A stretch of 63,449 nt of DNA, filler included, from Rhabdomonas costata (lineage: Eukaryota): assembly GCA_019059605.1 (NCBI GenBank). It is 32 parts of 32 records of this genome, joined end to end, with 100 filler letters (N's around TTAATTAATTAA, not from the genome) between each part and the next. Parts side by side here need not be neighbours in the genome. Positions count along the whole stretch, not along the records: positions 35,752 to 37,635 come from JAHMHO010007761.1; positions 37,736 to 39,621 come from JAHMHO010007762.1; positions 39,722 to 41,607 come from JAHMHO010007763.1; positions 41,708 to 43,593 come from JAHMHO010007764.1; positions 43,694 to 45,577 come from JAHMHO010007765.1; positions 45,678 to 47,563 come from JAHMHO010007766.1; positions 47,664 to 49,549 come from JAHMHO010007767.1; 25 more parts are not named here. One strand, 5' to 3'. A program made the position numbers and the translations under genes. Below are positions 36,585-47,920 of the stretch, piece after piece (position 1 is the stretch's first letter; each line of letters begins with the position of its first letter). The notes below the pieces were generated by a model. The model did no database searches. It was not told the DNA's origin and saw nothing but the letters and a program-made list of their open reading frames with translations.

Positions 36585-36738
36585 TAAATCGTCAATACAA
36601 TTAGAATTTATATTTAGCATATATAAAAGTTTCGAAAGATCCATTATATTCTTATATACACCTACATATATATTTTGTGTTAGTAACTCTTGTAAATCAA
36701 TTTGTTGTTATCTACCACTTAAAATTTATTTTTATAAA

Positions 36739-36774
36739 TTTTTATCAGAAACATAACAATGTTTCTGATAAAAA
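36739..36774 (+). terminator. Mimivirus-type 3' hairpin (hairpin rule)
   Basis: Perfect 16-bp stem TTTTTATCAGAAACAT-AACA-ATGTTTCTGATAAAAA downstream of the + strand gene. Confidence 0.65.
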
Positions 36775-36779
36775 ATTGA
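36772..36779 (+). promoter_or_regulatory. Mimiviridae early promoter octamer AAAATTGA
   Basis: Exact motif about 50 nt upstream of the primase ATG at 36829. Confidence 0.7.
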
Positions 36780-36828
36780 ATTTTTAAAGTAATATATTTT
36801 AAATTATTCTTATTATTCTTATTATATT

Positions 36829-37635
36829 ATGACAAAAATGAATCCTCTACTTGGTTTTTTGTGTCATTATGAAAGTTCTGATTCTTTTAGTCATACTTTA
36901 ATGAAATGTAAATATTGGATTTCTCCTGGTAAATGGAGCATACCTCTTGACAAATTACATGATTTTTATTCTTTATATGCTATTTATAACAACAATTATT
37001 CATTTGTTGAACGACATTTGGATTACATTTCTCCTATTGTTATTGATCTTGATATTATTCAAGATGAAAATTATAGAAAAATCGATCATCTTTTTATTTC
37101 AAAAATTATTGACTTGTTTTATGGTGAAATTTTATAGTTCGTTACTTTAAATGAAACTAATAGTTTGTGCTATGTTTTACAAAGAACAAATATGCATATA
37201 ACTGAAAAAATAAATATAAAGATGGTATACATATTCATTTTCCATATATTGTAACTAAATTTAATTAATCAAATTCTGTTACGTAAAAATTTATTACATA
37301 AAATAGAAGGAATAAAAAATGAATATAATATAAGTAATATATAATTCTATAAGTAATATATAATTCAAGTAAGATTTGTAATGATATATTAAGTATAAGT
37401 GAACAAATTGAAAAAATGTATGATATATATAATAATATAGAAAACAAAAAACAAGATATATGTGATGATATAGAAAATAAAAACAAGATTTATATGGATG
37501 AAAACAAATTTAAAGAACTATTAGAATTATTGCCAGAAAAATATTATGATGATGAAATTTTGTGGTGGAAAATAGGAGCCATTTCTTATAATTTATCTGT
37601 AAATGATCACTTATATGATGCATATAAAAATTTTA
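36829..37635 (+). pseudogene. Disrupted NCLDV D5-like primase (AEP + PriCT-2)
   Basis: Motif I SPIVIDLD; in-frame TAG 37135-37137; motif II KDGIHIHFP (from 37218) in another frame; a further shift before QILLRKNLL; no recognisable motif III region; PriCT-2-like LLELLPEKYYDDEILWWKIG. Confidence 0.8.
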
Positions 37636-40200
37636 NNNNNNNNNNNNNNNNNNNNNNNNNNNNNNNNNNNNNNNNNNNNTTAATTAATTAANNNNNNNNN
37701 NNNNNNNNNNNNNNNNNNNNNNNNNNNNNNNNNNNGGTTGGGGGGGGGTAACGGTTACCAGTGGTAACAGAAACGGGCTTAATTTCTTTTCTAAATTAAC
37801 TTAAAACGGTCACGTAGAGTGTGCCAGCGCTCTTGAAATGACTGTATTTTTGTGTAACGGAGATAGGTAAGCTTTGCCAGTGCCCCTGGATGACTGTTTT
37901 TGCTCAGCAACTACTGCTGGCTAAGGGGTCGCCAATGGCTGCGATATAGGCGGACGAGTGGGACAGCATTAAATTAGGGGCAACTTTTTAATATACGCTC
38001 CCATAGAAAAAATTGTTACCACTACTCCCCTACCCCCAACTTTCGTTGCACCTGCAGAGGGGTGCACGGTCAAAGTTTCTGGGCGTGCGTGCGGACTCGT
38101 TTCACACAATCAAAAAATTGAATTCATTATGAGATAGATGGTAAAACAGCATTTGATTAATGTGAGTCCATATGAACGGCCCGAGGGAGCATCGACACAA
38201 TGCTTCATCATGGGATGTAAGGCAGTCGGCGTGGATGTGCTACTCTCAAGGGATAACCTCGGGTTTGGGGGGTTTCTCCACTCAGAGCTTCGCCTTCCCG
38301 TCCTTCCCAAGTGGATTGAGTCTCGTCGGCCACAGCGGCCTTCCTTGTAGGACGAGGTGGTCGCCTCATATTGTGTATTTTCTTGTGTCAGCCTTCTCTT
38401 TCTCCATTGTACAGTGTAGTGTACCCTTTGGGGCGCCTACGTTTGTGTCCGTGTGTGTGTGGATGGGTAGCTGTGCGTTTGCGTGTGTCCAGCGCAGTCT
38501 TTTGCTTTCGCTGTATTTACCTGCTCTTCTTTTACATTTCCTTGCCCCAATTCCTCGTTCGACACCCCCGCATTTTTTTTCATGCTCGCGAGCAGCCCCG
38601 CTGTTTTGGCCGGGTTGCGCGTTAGTAGTTTTTCCGAGCTCCTTCGTCCCTGCATTGGTCGGGGAGAGAAGCTTCTCCTCCTGGAAGCGCTCAGAGTGTA
38701 AAAAGGCGCAATCCGGTCGAAATGCAGTGTGAGCGTGGTTATGGTGGCGGTAATCCCCCCCTCCCCCTCTTTCTGCTGTTTTGCTTTGCTTCTGAGCGAC
38801 AGCATCGTTGGGTTCCGATTGGTTTTTCGCGGTGTTGAACTTCAAGTCTTTCGTGGTTTCTTTTGGCAGATGCGGAATTCCTCTTCAGGTCCTCGGGACT
38901 CTTTGGATCCGCATTTAATTCATCATGGTAGCTATCTCGTTTGGATTTGCCCGTCTTCTCCTGTGCCCTTAGGCACGTACCTTCGGACCCAGATATCACC
39001 TAATCACCTGTTTTGCATCCTTCGTGCAGCGTATGGAGCTTCTTAGCTACCACGTTTCAACCCAAAAGCTACCGTATCCCCCCCAAACACACACACACAC
39101 ACACACATTTTGGTCCGTCCATATCTGCACCCAATAGGCCGCGAAGGCGTCCGAGAAGTTACCAAAACACACCCGCGGTTTTTTCTTCGCAAAGATTACT
39201 TTTTGGCCGCTTGCAAAGACAAAGATTTTTACCAAAACCAGTTGGGGTGTGCGTAGCGAAAGAAAGCTCCGCTGGGGGAACGTGAGTGCACAGCATATCA
39301 CAGGAACCGCACTTGATTAGGCTTTGCCGGCACGATCGGGCGATTTTGACCCCGCCATTCCCGGGCTGCGGGGGTTTCATAGGGTCATCATTCGCGACTG
39401 AAACGGAGTCAGCTTCAGAACCTGCCTCCAGGAGAGAAGAGAAACAACCCTATCTGTCGCCGGGGCAGTCCTTCTTCCAAACGTTCGTTTCAAAAAGGAT
39501 GGCTTTCTGACCAACGTACGAGTACCTTTCTCCGCCTCCTACGGACATATAGCAAGAATGAAGGCCTTCCGAGGCAAACGGGAACTCCTCCGCGACCGGC
39601 TTCTCAGGAAGTTGGACAAACNNNNNNNNNNNNNNNNNNNNNNNNNNNNNNNNNNNNNNNNNNNNTTAATTAATTAANNNNNNNNNNNNNNNNNNNNNNN
39701 NNNNNNNNNNNNNNNNNNNNNGTGTGGGGTTTTCAATCAACGTCTTGGTAGAGCCAACCCACGGGTATTTGAATGGGTATTGAAGGAAGAATGACGAGCG
39801 TAGCTAGTCATGACGACGTAAGAGTGGAGCTTCTGAGCGTATGCGAAGATGCGACTATCATTATCTATCACCACGTCCATATTATCGGTCACTCGAATAA
39901 TTACTCTCTTCTTCTGTTCTTTCCGCCAGCATAAATTGCCTTCACTCACCGTTGCATACACGTTACGAGTGAGATGGCATTGTACACGCGGGGCATTTAC
40001 GCTCTTACCTTTACGTTATCAACGTGATCGACAGAAAGCGTATCGGAGGGCATGTCGACGTCAGGGGGCATGCCCGTAGAAGGAATAAATGGCATCGCAG
40101 ATAGAAGGCCTTTCACTACATACCTGGTAGGAATGCTAACATCACCATACACTATCTCATCTCAACATCCATTTCACTCTAAACCCACCTCAACACACCA

Positions 40201-41255
40201 TTACAGAAGCGTAAGACGCAGTAGAGACAGGAACACATCAAGCACAAGATACGCACTAACAACATCAGCCTTTCCACACCGTAACACCAACACACCAGAA
40301 GCGCTAAACTATCACTACCACTACACCACAACTAACACGCCAACACACACTTCTACACTAGCAGCAATGACACACAACACTACCAGACACACGCATACAC
40401 TACAGAAGAATAAAAAGAAGAGGAAGAGACACAAACACAGCACAATCACAGCACTACCAGCAACAGCCACGCTACAAGGACACCACAGCACGAGCCCCTC
40501 CACTACAACCCCACACCACCCGATTAGCCCAACCAACAACAGCACGAACCACACACTACCACACTAGCCCACTACAACGACTCCAACACAAACACACACC
40601 ATGCACTGACCCTCCAACACCTACACACAACTACGCCCTAAACCAGCATCCTGACACACTAAGCACGATACTACCACAGAAACAGCGACAGCAACAAACA
40701 CACCCAATGCATGACCCTGACGCTCACCCACCGACCTACCCTATCTACAAGCCCCCCCCAATCAACACCTCCAGCACAGACGAAGTAGACGCAGCACCTT
40801 CCATGGACCACACTAACGTACCCGCAAACTAGAAACAAGGACCCACTACAGAGACTCGGCATGGTTGACCTCCAGACAGATGACCGACAAGCATCACATA
40901 TCCAACACCCAAAGCCACAGGCTACGCACCACCAACAGCCCCATAATCTCCAACACTAGCCACCCTACGCACACTAGCACCACCAAGACCCATCGTAACC
41001 AGACCCAACGTACGACCCACACATCCTCCAACAACACCTTCCTCAACACAACCACCAACACCTATGCTACCAGCGTACCATACTCCTCCACACAACATAC
41101 AGACAAAGACATAGAAACAGACACAGCCATAGAAACAGAATAAGAAGAAGAACACACGCGCGAGGAACCCATAGCACCAGCACCGCCCATAGTACTTATC
41201 TCAACACCTGCCCATGGAGCCACCGTAAACCCACACCAAACAAGCACACAATCGA
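40201..41255 (-). other. Additional hydrophobic coding pieces, possibly complex I (nad2- or nad4L-like) fragments
   Basis: GFTVAPWAGVEISTMGGA (about 41180-41235), WSMEGAASTSSVLEVL...IG (about 40735-40812) and LWCPCS...VIAASVEVCVGVL (about 40320-40490) loosely follow nad2 motif order. They are very divergent. Confidence 0.25.
40820..40930 (-). CDS. cob: Probable C-terminal piece of cytochrome b
   Basis: LWLWVLDM[TGA]CLSVICLEVNHAESL[TAG]WVLVSSL resembles my recollection of the divergent diplonemid cob C-terminus; not verified by alignment. Confidence 0.4.
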
Positions 41256-41259
41256 CACT

Positions 41260-41480
41260 GCCGTAGAAAGGCAAGAACTACCACTCAGGATCAATCAACG
41301 CAGGAGTGACCATAGGGTTAGCAGGCACATAGTTATCCGGATGTACGAAGCAATCTTGGTCCCAGAAGGCACACATACCCAGAATCAGCGCAGGAGTACA
41401 CACGATAGCAGCATCACAACCCAACAACAGTGGCTAGAAGTTCACCCGATCAGACCTACCGACGACCAACCCTGCACCAA
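41260..41480 (-). CDS. cob: Mitochondrial cytochrome b, piece containing the ef loop and PEWY
   Basis: RSDRVNF[TAG]PLLL..D...HPDNYVPANPMVTPALIDPEW[TAG]FLPFYG corresponds to DKIPFxP...HPDNYIPANPLVTPxxIxPEWYFLPFYA. Confidence 0.93.
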
Positions 41481-41489
41481 ACACCCCCC

Positions 41490-41596
41490 ACATGACCCGT
41501 AGAATTCACCAAATGCAACACCAACAGATGGACAAGCACGAGCACCGTAAGCACCATGGGTAAGAGGAAATGCACGCAGAAACACCGATTCACAGT
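41490..41596 (-). CDS. cob: Mitochondrial cytochrome b, helix D piece (different frame from the next piece)
   Basis: TVNRCFCVHFLLPMVLTVLVLVHLLVLH corresponds to TLNRFFSLHFLLPF..AL..IHL..LH, with both heme-ligand His residues. Confidence 0.92.
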
Positions 41597-42403
41597 AACC
41601 ACAACCCNNNNNNNNNNNNNNNNNNNNNNNNNNNNNNNNNNNNNNNNNNNNTTAATTAATTAANNNNNNNNNNNNNNNNNNNNNNNNNNNNNNNNNNNNN
41701 NNNNNNNGGGGTGTTGGTAGGGAGGAGTAGAGGTCAATATGCGGTGACGGGGTAGGGTGAAGAAATTACTGACTGGGAAAGATTCACAGAGCCCGGATGC
41801 ACGTTTTAAATGGGTCTGATCTGTTGTTGTGATCGGAGAAGGTTAGCGAGGCGATATGTTCGGGGGGTGGGGGTTGGGGGTATTTGCAACGACTACGGGT
41901 TGCTGGTTTTGCAGCCAAGTGTTCTTTTCGTTATGATATGCAGCAGGGATGGTTACCTTCCAGTGACTTTGTATTTGATTTTGTCTGCTTCCATTTTGCC
42001 TGTTAGATTTACATTTGTCCATTGATACTTAGGCACGCTTATGACCGAGGGATGTTTATTGAAGAAACGAATATTGGGGAAACGTTTTGCATCATCCCTA
42101 AGAAGAGAACAGATACTGGCCTTTCCATGCCCTTGTTTTCTTCGCACTTGTATACGTCTGGATGAGACCGGTGGTGGACCCGCCCTGGCCAGAACAGAGT
42201 GGTGGATCGGAAAATGACGAGACGGTCCCCCCCCCGCCCCGTTTCCCGGAGATTCCGATTCGACTGTGTAGGGTGATAATCAGTGATGACTCGCCTGACC
42301 ACCTGACCCCTTGAGAGACCAAGATCCTCTCAGTAGGTACCTGTTTCGTAAGACCTAACATTGGCCCTTCAGGAACTCGAGCTGGAGTCACGAGCTGGAG
42401 CTC

Positions 42404-42690
42404 ATCGTTTGGTGGAAGACGGAAGTTCTCCGACGAGAGAAGTTGGCGGCCATCCGCTTCTCGCTTGCCGGCAGATGACCCTCTTCAGATCGTATGGGTT
42501 ATATGCTTGTGAGGACCCAGAAAGCATCCAGTAGATCTCAGTGATTTCCACTTTATCACTGCCAATCATGATTCGTACCCCACCCAAACCCAACCCCCTC
42601 TTAGCTCTGGTGTCGAGCATCGGGGCTGATCGTTTGGTGGGAGATGGCAGTCCTCCGGAGAGATAAGTTGGCCGCCGGCTTCTCGCTTCT
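42404..42690. repeat. Degenerate direct repeat pair (about 60 bp, spacing about 226 bp)
   Basis: ATCGTTTGGTGG.AGA.GG.AGT.CTCCG...GA.AAGTTGGC.GCC...GCTTCTCGCTT at about 42404 and about 42629. Confidence 0.75.
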
Positions 42691-42796
42691 CGGGTTCTGA
42701 ATCCATTGCTGCGAGACACATTACCTCTTCGAGTCTAGGTGCACCAAGAGAGATTACCTACTTGATGTTTGTGTTGGGTGGGATTTCTTTTTCCAG

Positions 42797-42947
42797 GACG
42801 TGCCTGGTGATGGCGGTGGTGGTGAAGCTGGCGACGCGACCGCTGAGCCGGCTGGTGGTGGAGGTGGAGCGGCTGCAGGAGATGGACGTGGACAAGGTCA
42901 AGCCCTTTTCCCGCTCCGTGCTGGGCGAAGTCGACACCCTAATGCAG
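42797..42947 (+). CDS. Exon encoding a TM end + HAMP domain, typical of receptor-type adenylate/guanylate cyclases
   Basis: VVKLATRPLSRLVVEVERLQEMDVDKVKPFSRSVLGEVDTLMQ, bounded by TTCCAG and GT. Confidence 0.6.
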
Positions 42948-45900
42948 GTCTCCGGCTGTGTTTGTGCGTTCAGCGCGATGACTGAAGAATGCCCTGTGGG
43001 TGACCTTTCTCAGCCTGAACCTCAAGTAATCTCGTCACTGAGCGAGATTCCAGATTCGTATGTCCCCCAGCAGGCACCTGCTGGCCTTCCAGGTGGCTCG
43101 GGGGTGGTTATCCCTTGCGCTTGGAGTGAGACCAACATGGCAAAAGTAAAATATTTTGCGTGCCATCTTTAAAAAGGGTTTTCCAAAAATGTTTTAGAAA
43201 ACCTTGTGGACTTACAGGTGGTTTTGGGACTGTAATTATTCTCACTTTGTAAACCATGTGCATTCGATGCTCAGGTTACTTTTTGTCTGCCGACGTTTTC
43301 CACATGTGCCGGTTAGATTGGCTGTAATTTAGGGGCCGTTCCACTGTGTTCTGTGGCCCAAAGATATCCTGGATAAAAGTACAGGAAACGCCTTGTGTGC
43401 CTTCCATCTGACCGGACCCATGTATTTTTCCCCTTCGGTTTGATGTGTCCACACGGATGAGGGGAGAGTGATCTCACCAATGCTTGGGGAAGGAGACTCA
43501 CTTCGCGGCGGGGGAAGGGGTTAACGAGCTACAGAATCATTGTCCATTTAAAGCCCCTTTTTATTTCGAGTTTTGTCTTTTTCTTTTTTTTTTNNNNNNN
43601 NNNNNNNNNNNNNNNNNNNNNNNNNNNNNNNNNNNNNTTAATTAATTAANNNNNNNNNNNNNNNNNNNNNNNNNNNNNNNNNNNNNNNNNNNNGTTGAAA
43701 CATCCCTTCCCTCGACGTTCCCCGTCTCTCCTTTAGGTCGCCGTGGTGGTGGCTGAGGTTAATTTCGTCCAGATGGACTCGTCTTGAGCCCTCTGGACAC
43801 GCTTGTTTGGTGTTCTGCTTGTTCTGGGGTCACAGTTGGAGTGGCGCTGAAGCTGATTCGTTTTCCAGCCATTAAGGAAAATTGAAAAGGGCAAGTCTTT
43901 CATTAAGGAGTGAGGAAAACTCGTTTTTCATTCTTCCCCCAAATAAGTTCGGGTTGCCTTAAATTTGACACTGGACTAGCAGGGTCAGAAATCTTGGTTT
44001 TGGGGTTTCCAGAATAATGCTTTTCGTGGAAAAGTGTGTCTGTTGGTGGAAGCTCTGCCCTATGGTATGGCTTGAGTGGTCTGGCTGATGTGCTTTACCT
44101 TGAGCAGCACGCATGCTCCTTGAGGAAAGCAAATGACGCCAAAAAGAGTGGAGTGTGAAATCGGACCCACGGAGCAGGGGAGTTGGCACGAAAAGGGCCA
44201 AACTTGTGTTCAGTGACTGTAATTTGTAAATTTCCACCTTTTCATCGCTGCTTCACCTGTGGGGAAGTGTACAATAATATCGCAACTCACATCCACCTCC
44301 CAACTTGTCCACCTCCCCCGGGCGAAGGACGGGCGTGGGTCTGCTATGAAAAAGGGTGGCTCAAGCCCATATTTCAGGGCTGCCACTTTTTGGAACTCGC
44401 ACACCCTGTCCTCTTTGCTTGCGCGGTGGCTCTTTTTGCTTTATATAGTTTTTTTTTGGCTGACCCGATAGTGTGCTGCTCGGAGCGATTTGTGTCGTCG
44501 TCGTTCACATTCCGGATGAATATGAAGGGAGTGAGGTGCATGCCACTCTGGAAGGACTTGCGGGGCTGCTCGCGCTTGCCCCGATTTTGGTCCTGAACTC
44601 TTGTACCATAGGCCACCCTGTGCGGGGAGCGCCTTCCTGGGATGCTGCTTCAGCTTCCTGCCCTCTCTTACGCGCCCTCCCCAGCAACATCCGTTCTTTG
44701 GCACCTTCGTCCTTTGTGTCTCATGGGGCACAGTTCGTCAGGCATTCGCCAAGCTTTGCCTTGAACATGCAGTGTACGGGTGACTGTCCCTCGATTTTCC
44801 CTGATAGGTTTAAATACAAAGGACTTTCCCTGAGATCGCAACCCGATCTTGTTCAGACTTTTCAGTTGTTCCAGGGTTTCATGCTCAGGATACCTTATAT
44901 TTGATTGATTATGCTTCAGAAGGCAAGCACGGAGTTCCTCTTGCTTGGGTGGGTTGCGTTTCACCCTCTTACCGAAGATAGAAGACACCATAGTAATGCT
45001 TTTTTTTTGGCCGACTTGGGGCTTGCGACTTTGAAGAGAAGATTTGTGAGGATAAGTGAGGATATGCGACGTGATATTGAGTTTCCAGCACCAGGCCGGT
45101 CAGGAGCATCACTTTCTTTTCGTGTTTCGCAGAAGCTTTTTATAATGAGCGCTGCAAAGTGTTGCGCCGCTGCCAAGGCGGAGGCATTCCTTGCTTGCTG
45201 GGTGCTGAGCGCTGAGTAACAGTGGAAACACAAAGAACAGGCCAAAAAACACCCTGGTAAAACTGGTTTTTTCACCACCAAACGTGCGCTTTTTCGGTTG
45301 TGACTTTTTGAGTTTGCCCCAAGCTGAAGATTTCTTTTTTTATCATTTCAGGTTTGCGCAGGATGCGGCAAGTTGATTGGTTTGGGTACAGTGATGACGG
45401 CTCTCAACAAGGTTTGCTTGTGAATCCTCCGCTCTTTTCCTCTTTGAGGGGTTAACCATAACGTTTACTCTTTCAGCAGTGCAGGATTCGGCAGCTGCAA
45501 AGCAGCCGCAAAGCATTTCGAGCACGGCCAACTATCCTTTTTTTTCGGCACCTTCCCCTTTCTCCCGACAACCAAAANNNNNNNNNNNNNNNNNNNNNNN
45601 NNNNNNNNNNNNNNNNNNNNNTTAATTAATTAANNNNNNNNNNNNNNNNNNNNNNNNNNNNNNNNNNNNNNNNNNNNGTGTTGGGTGAGCTATCCAGCGA
45701 GTGACTGAGTGAAGGAGTGTGTTTGTGGGGGTGAATGCGACCCCGTGCATGTGGGTTAGTGAGCTGTCACGGGGTTGGGGCCCGCCCTGGACGTGCTGCC
45801 CATGGGAAGAACAGGACAAGACCAAAACAAGACCAATCCTCCTCGATTTCGCAGCGCTTTGATGACCATTCTGAAAGAAAAGTTGTGCAGACGACTTTTC

Positions 45901-47769
45901 TTCCACACCCACAGCTAGTCCCAGAACTTTGTGTTCTTGCCACACACACATTCGCAGATCGTGCGCTATTACGGCGGGAACAAGGCTCCCGATTAGCCCT
46001 TCTTTCCTCCCTCCCTTCCTTCCCTCCTTCCCTGCACATGTAGACAGTTGCCATGCTGCCCTTTCAACCCTCGCACCTACCGAAGCACCCGCTGGTACAA
46101 CCAGTCCGCCACCAAGTTGCACGCCAGAATCCCATAGTACTCCTCCTCCAGCAGCGCTTTCAGCGGGAGAACCGTGGCTGCAGCTGCCAGGCTACGTCCC
46201 ACCTGCACCTCCCCCCTCGCCCAGGTTCTCCTCCCCACGGCGTGAGCGTGTGAGTGCCCCGAAATATGGCAAGATGCTCAGAAAAACACTATCACACGGA
46301 AAGCCAGCAGTACAAGCAACATTCAGCAAAGAAGTAACCTTTCCCTGTGCTCCATCCTTCACTTTGCGCCCGCTTGCCTCCCCCTGACACCGTCAAATAA
46401 CATGGGAGAGAAGGAGGGATGATTGATAACCTGCAGAACCACCGCCGGGGGCACACCGCTGGAAATCGTAGCCCCCTCCCGCGCTTGTGCCCCAGGGCAC
46501 TCTTCGAAGGCTCCAGTGATGCTGTGGTACAGCAAAGGGGCTGCGCACGCTGCCAGACTACTGCGCACTGAAGGCGCAAGTCCCGCAGGCCTAGCACAGA
46601 GGCCGGTGAGCGTGAGTGCGTGTGTGTGGTGGAGAGAGAGGTGGCAATGAGGAAATGAACCATGCAAATTAACAGCAGTGGCGTGACTTGCGGATAGCCA
46701 ATACTCTTGGTGTAATTCATATTCGTCCGCGTCACTTACCGTACCGCTTGGCTTCGTTTCCAAAAGAAAAACGAGATCTTAAATCACTAGCGAGATCTTA
46801 AAATGAGGTGTCAACCTTATCTGCACAGGAATTGCGTGCCTTTCTGTCCGCCCCTCGGAAGAGTCTGAAAGCAGAACAAATTGCAGGACAGCCATTCCTG
46901 CGTGTAGAAAACCAATTAATTCGTGCCGATGAACGTTGAAATGACGTGGCGGTCACCCACACCTTCTTTTCTTGACTTGCAAAAGCTTCACTCTATCCGA
47001 ATTGCTGTTCTACGCAGAAGCTCGTTTGCAGGTGCGAGGGAAGCAGCAGTCATTTTTGCAAGCCACGTCTGAGCTTGAAATTCACTGATAAGTCCGCACA
47101 CCAGGTTTTTGTGTAAATCCCTTGCAGGACCTTCGGAAACCCAACAAAGGCCAAAACAGCGGAAAAGTTGCGCAGCGCCTGCTGATGCAAAACATCCGCA
47201 GCCTTCTCCGGCTGCGAGACAACCCCCATCTTCGTACAGCAACTGGGGTGTGGGTGGAGACATAAAACAGAGCGGGCAGGAGGACATGGGAAGATGTAAC
47301 AAATGAAACAGACTTCAGTTCTCTCAGAGTCCGGCAAAGTCCAAGCTTGCGAGCGCCACACTGCGTTCAACCCGAAACAAGAACACGACAGAGTAAAAGG
47401 GTTCAGGTGGAATTCATGCCAACCCGAAAGCTAGCGTCTGTTGGTTGAGACATCTGTATCAGCACTTGCCGAGCAGTGCCCCCTCAAACGTGGGGCACTG
47501 CGAGCGTGACTTTAAAACTTTCACTTTAAACCGCAAAAGGATTCTTGAGCCACACAAACAACCNNNNNNNNNNNNNNNNNNNNNNNNNNNNNNNNNNNNN
47601 NNNNNNNTTAATTAATTAANNNNNNNNNNNNNNNNNNNNNNNNNNNNNNNNNNNNNNNNNNNNTGTGTTGGGTGTTTGGAGACGTTCTGGGGAAGGGGCG
47701 AGCACAAGCTTGAAATGGCCAAGAAGGATTGAAGGTATTGAAGGTATTGTAGGGTCGCGGAGGAAGGCA

Positions 47770-47920
47770 TTGTGGGGTCGCCGGAGAAGGCTCCAGGGCA
47801 GCTATAAACGCCTCAGCGCAAGCAACCCGGGCGGCTTTGGGAATGTGGCGGAGGTTGGAAGCCGGCGTTGCAAGGAGGTGCTCGAGAACGGGCAGAGGCC
47901 CCGAGAGTGGGCAGCAGAAA
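47770..47920 (-). mobile_element. Fragment of a CRE/SLACS-like non-LTR retrotransposon ORF (pre-RT region)
   Basis: LPVLEHLLATPASNLRHIPKAARVACAEAFIAAL matches the LP.L.....T.RHIPK.AR...A..L motif upstream of RT in protist RLE-type elements. Confidence 0.5.

Noticed and set aside
36408-36644. Minus-strand 78-aa ORF
   Set aside because: It is a shadow of the frameshifted + strand continuation (36363-36584).
37135-37137. TAG in the viral primase as evidence of recoding
   Set aside because: It is accompanied by several frameshifts and a deletion, so pseudogenisation explains it.
40052-41143. Thr/His-rich + strand ORFs that look mucin-like
   Set aside because: They are a by-product of extreme A/C skew; the coding signal (cob) is on the minus strand.
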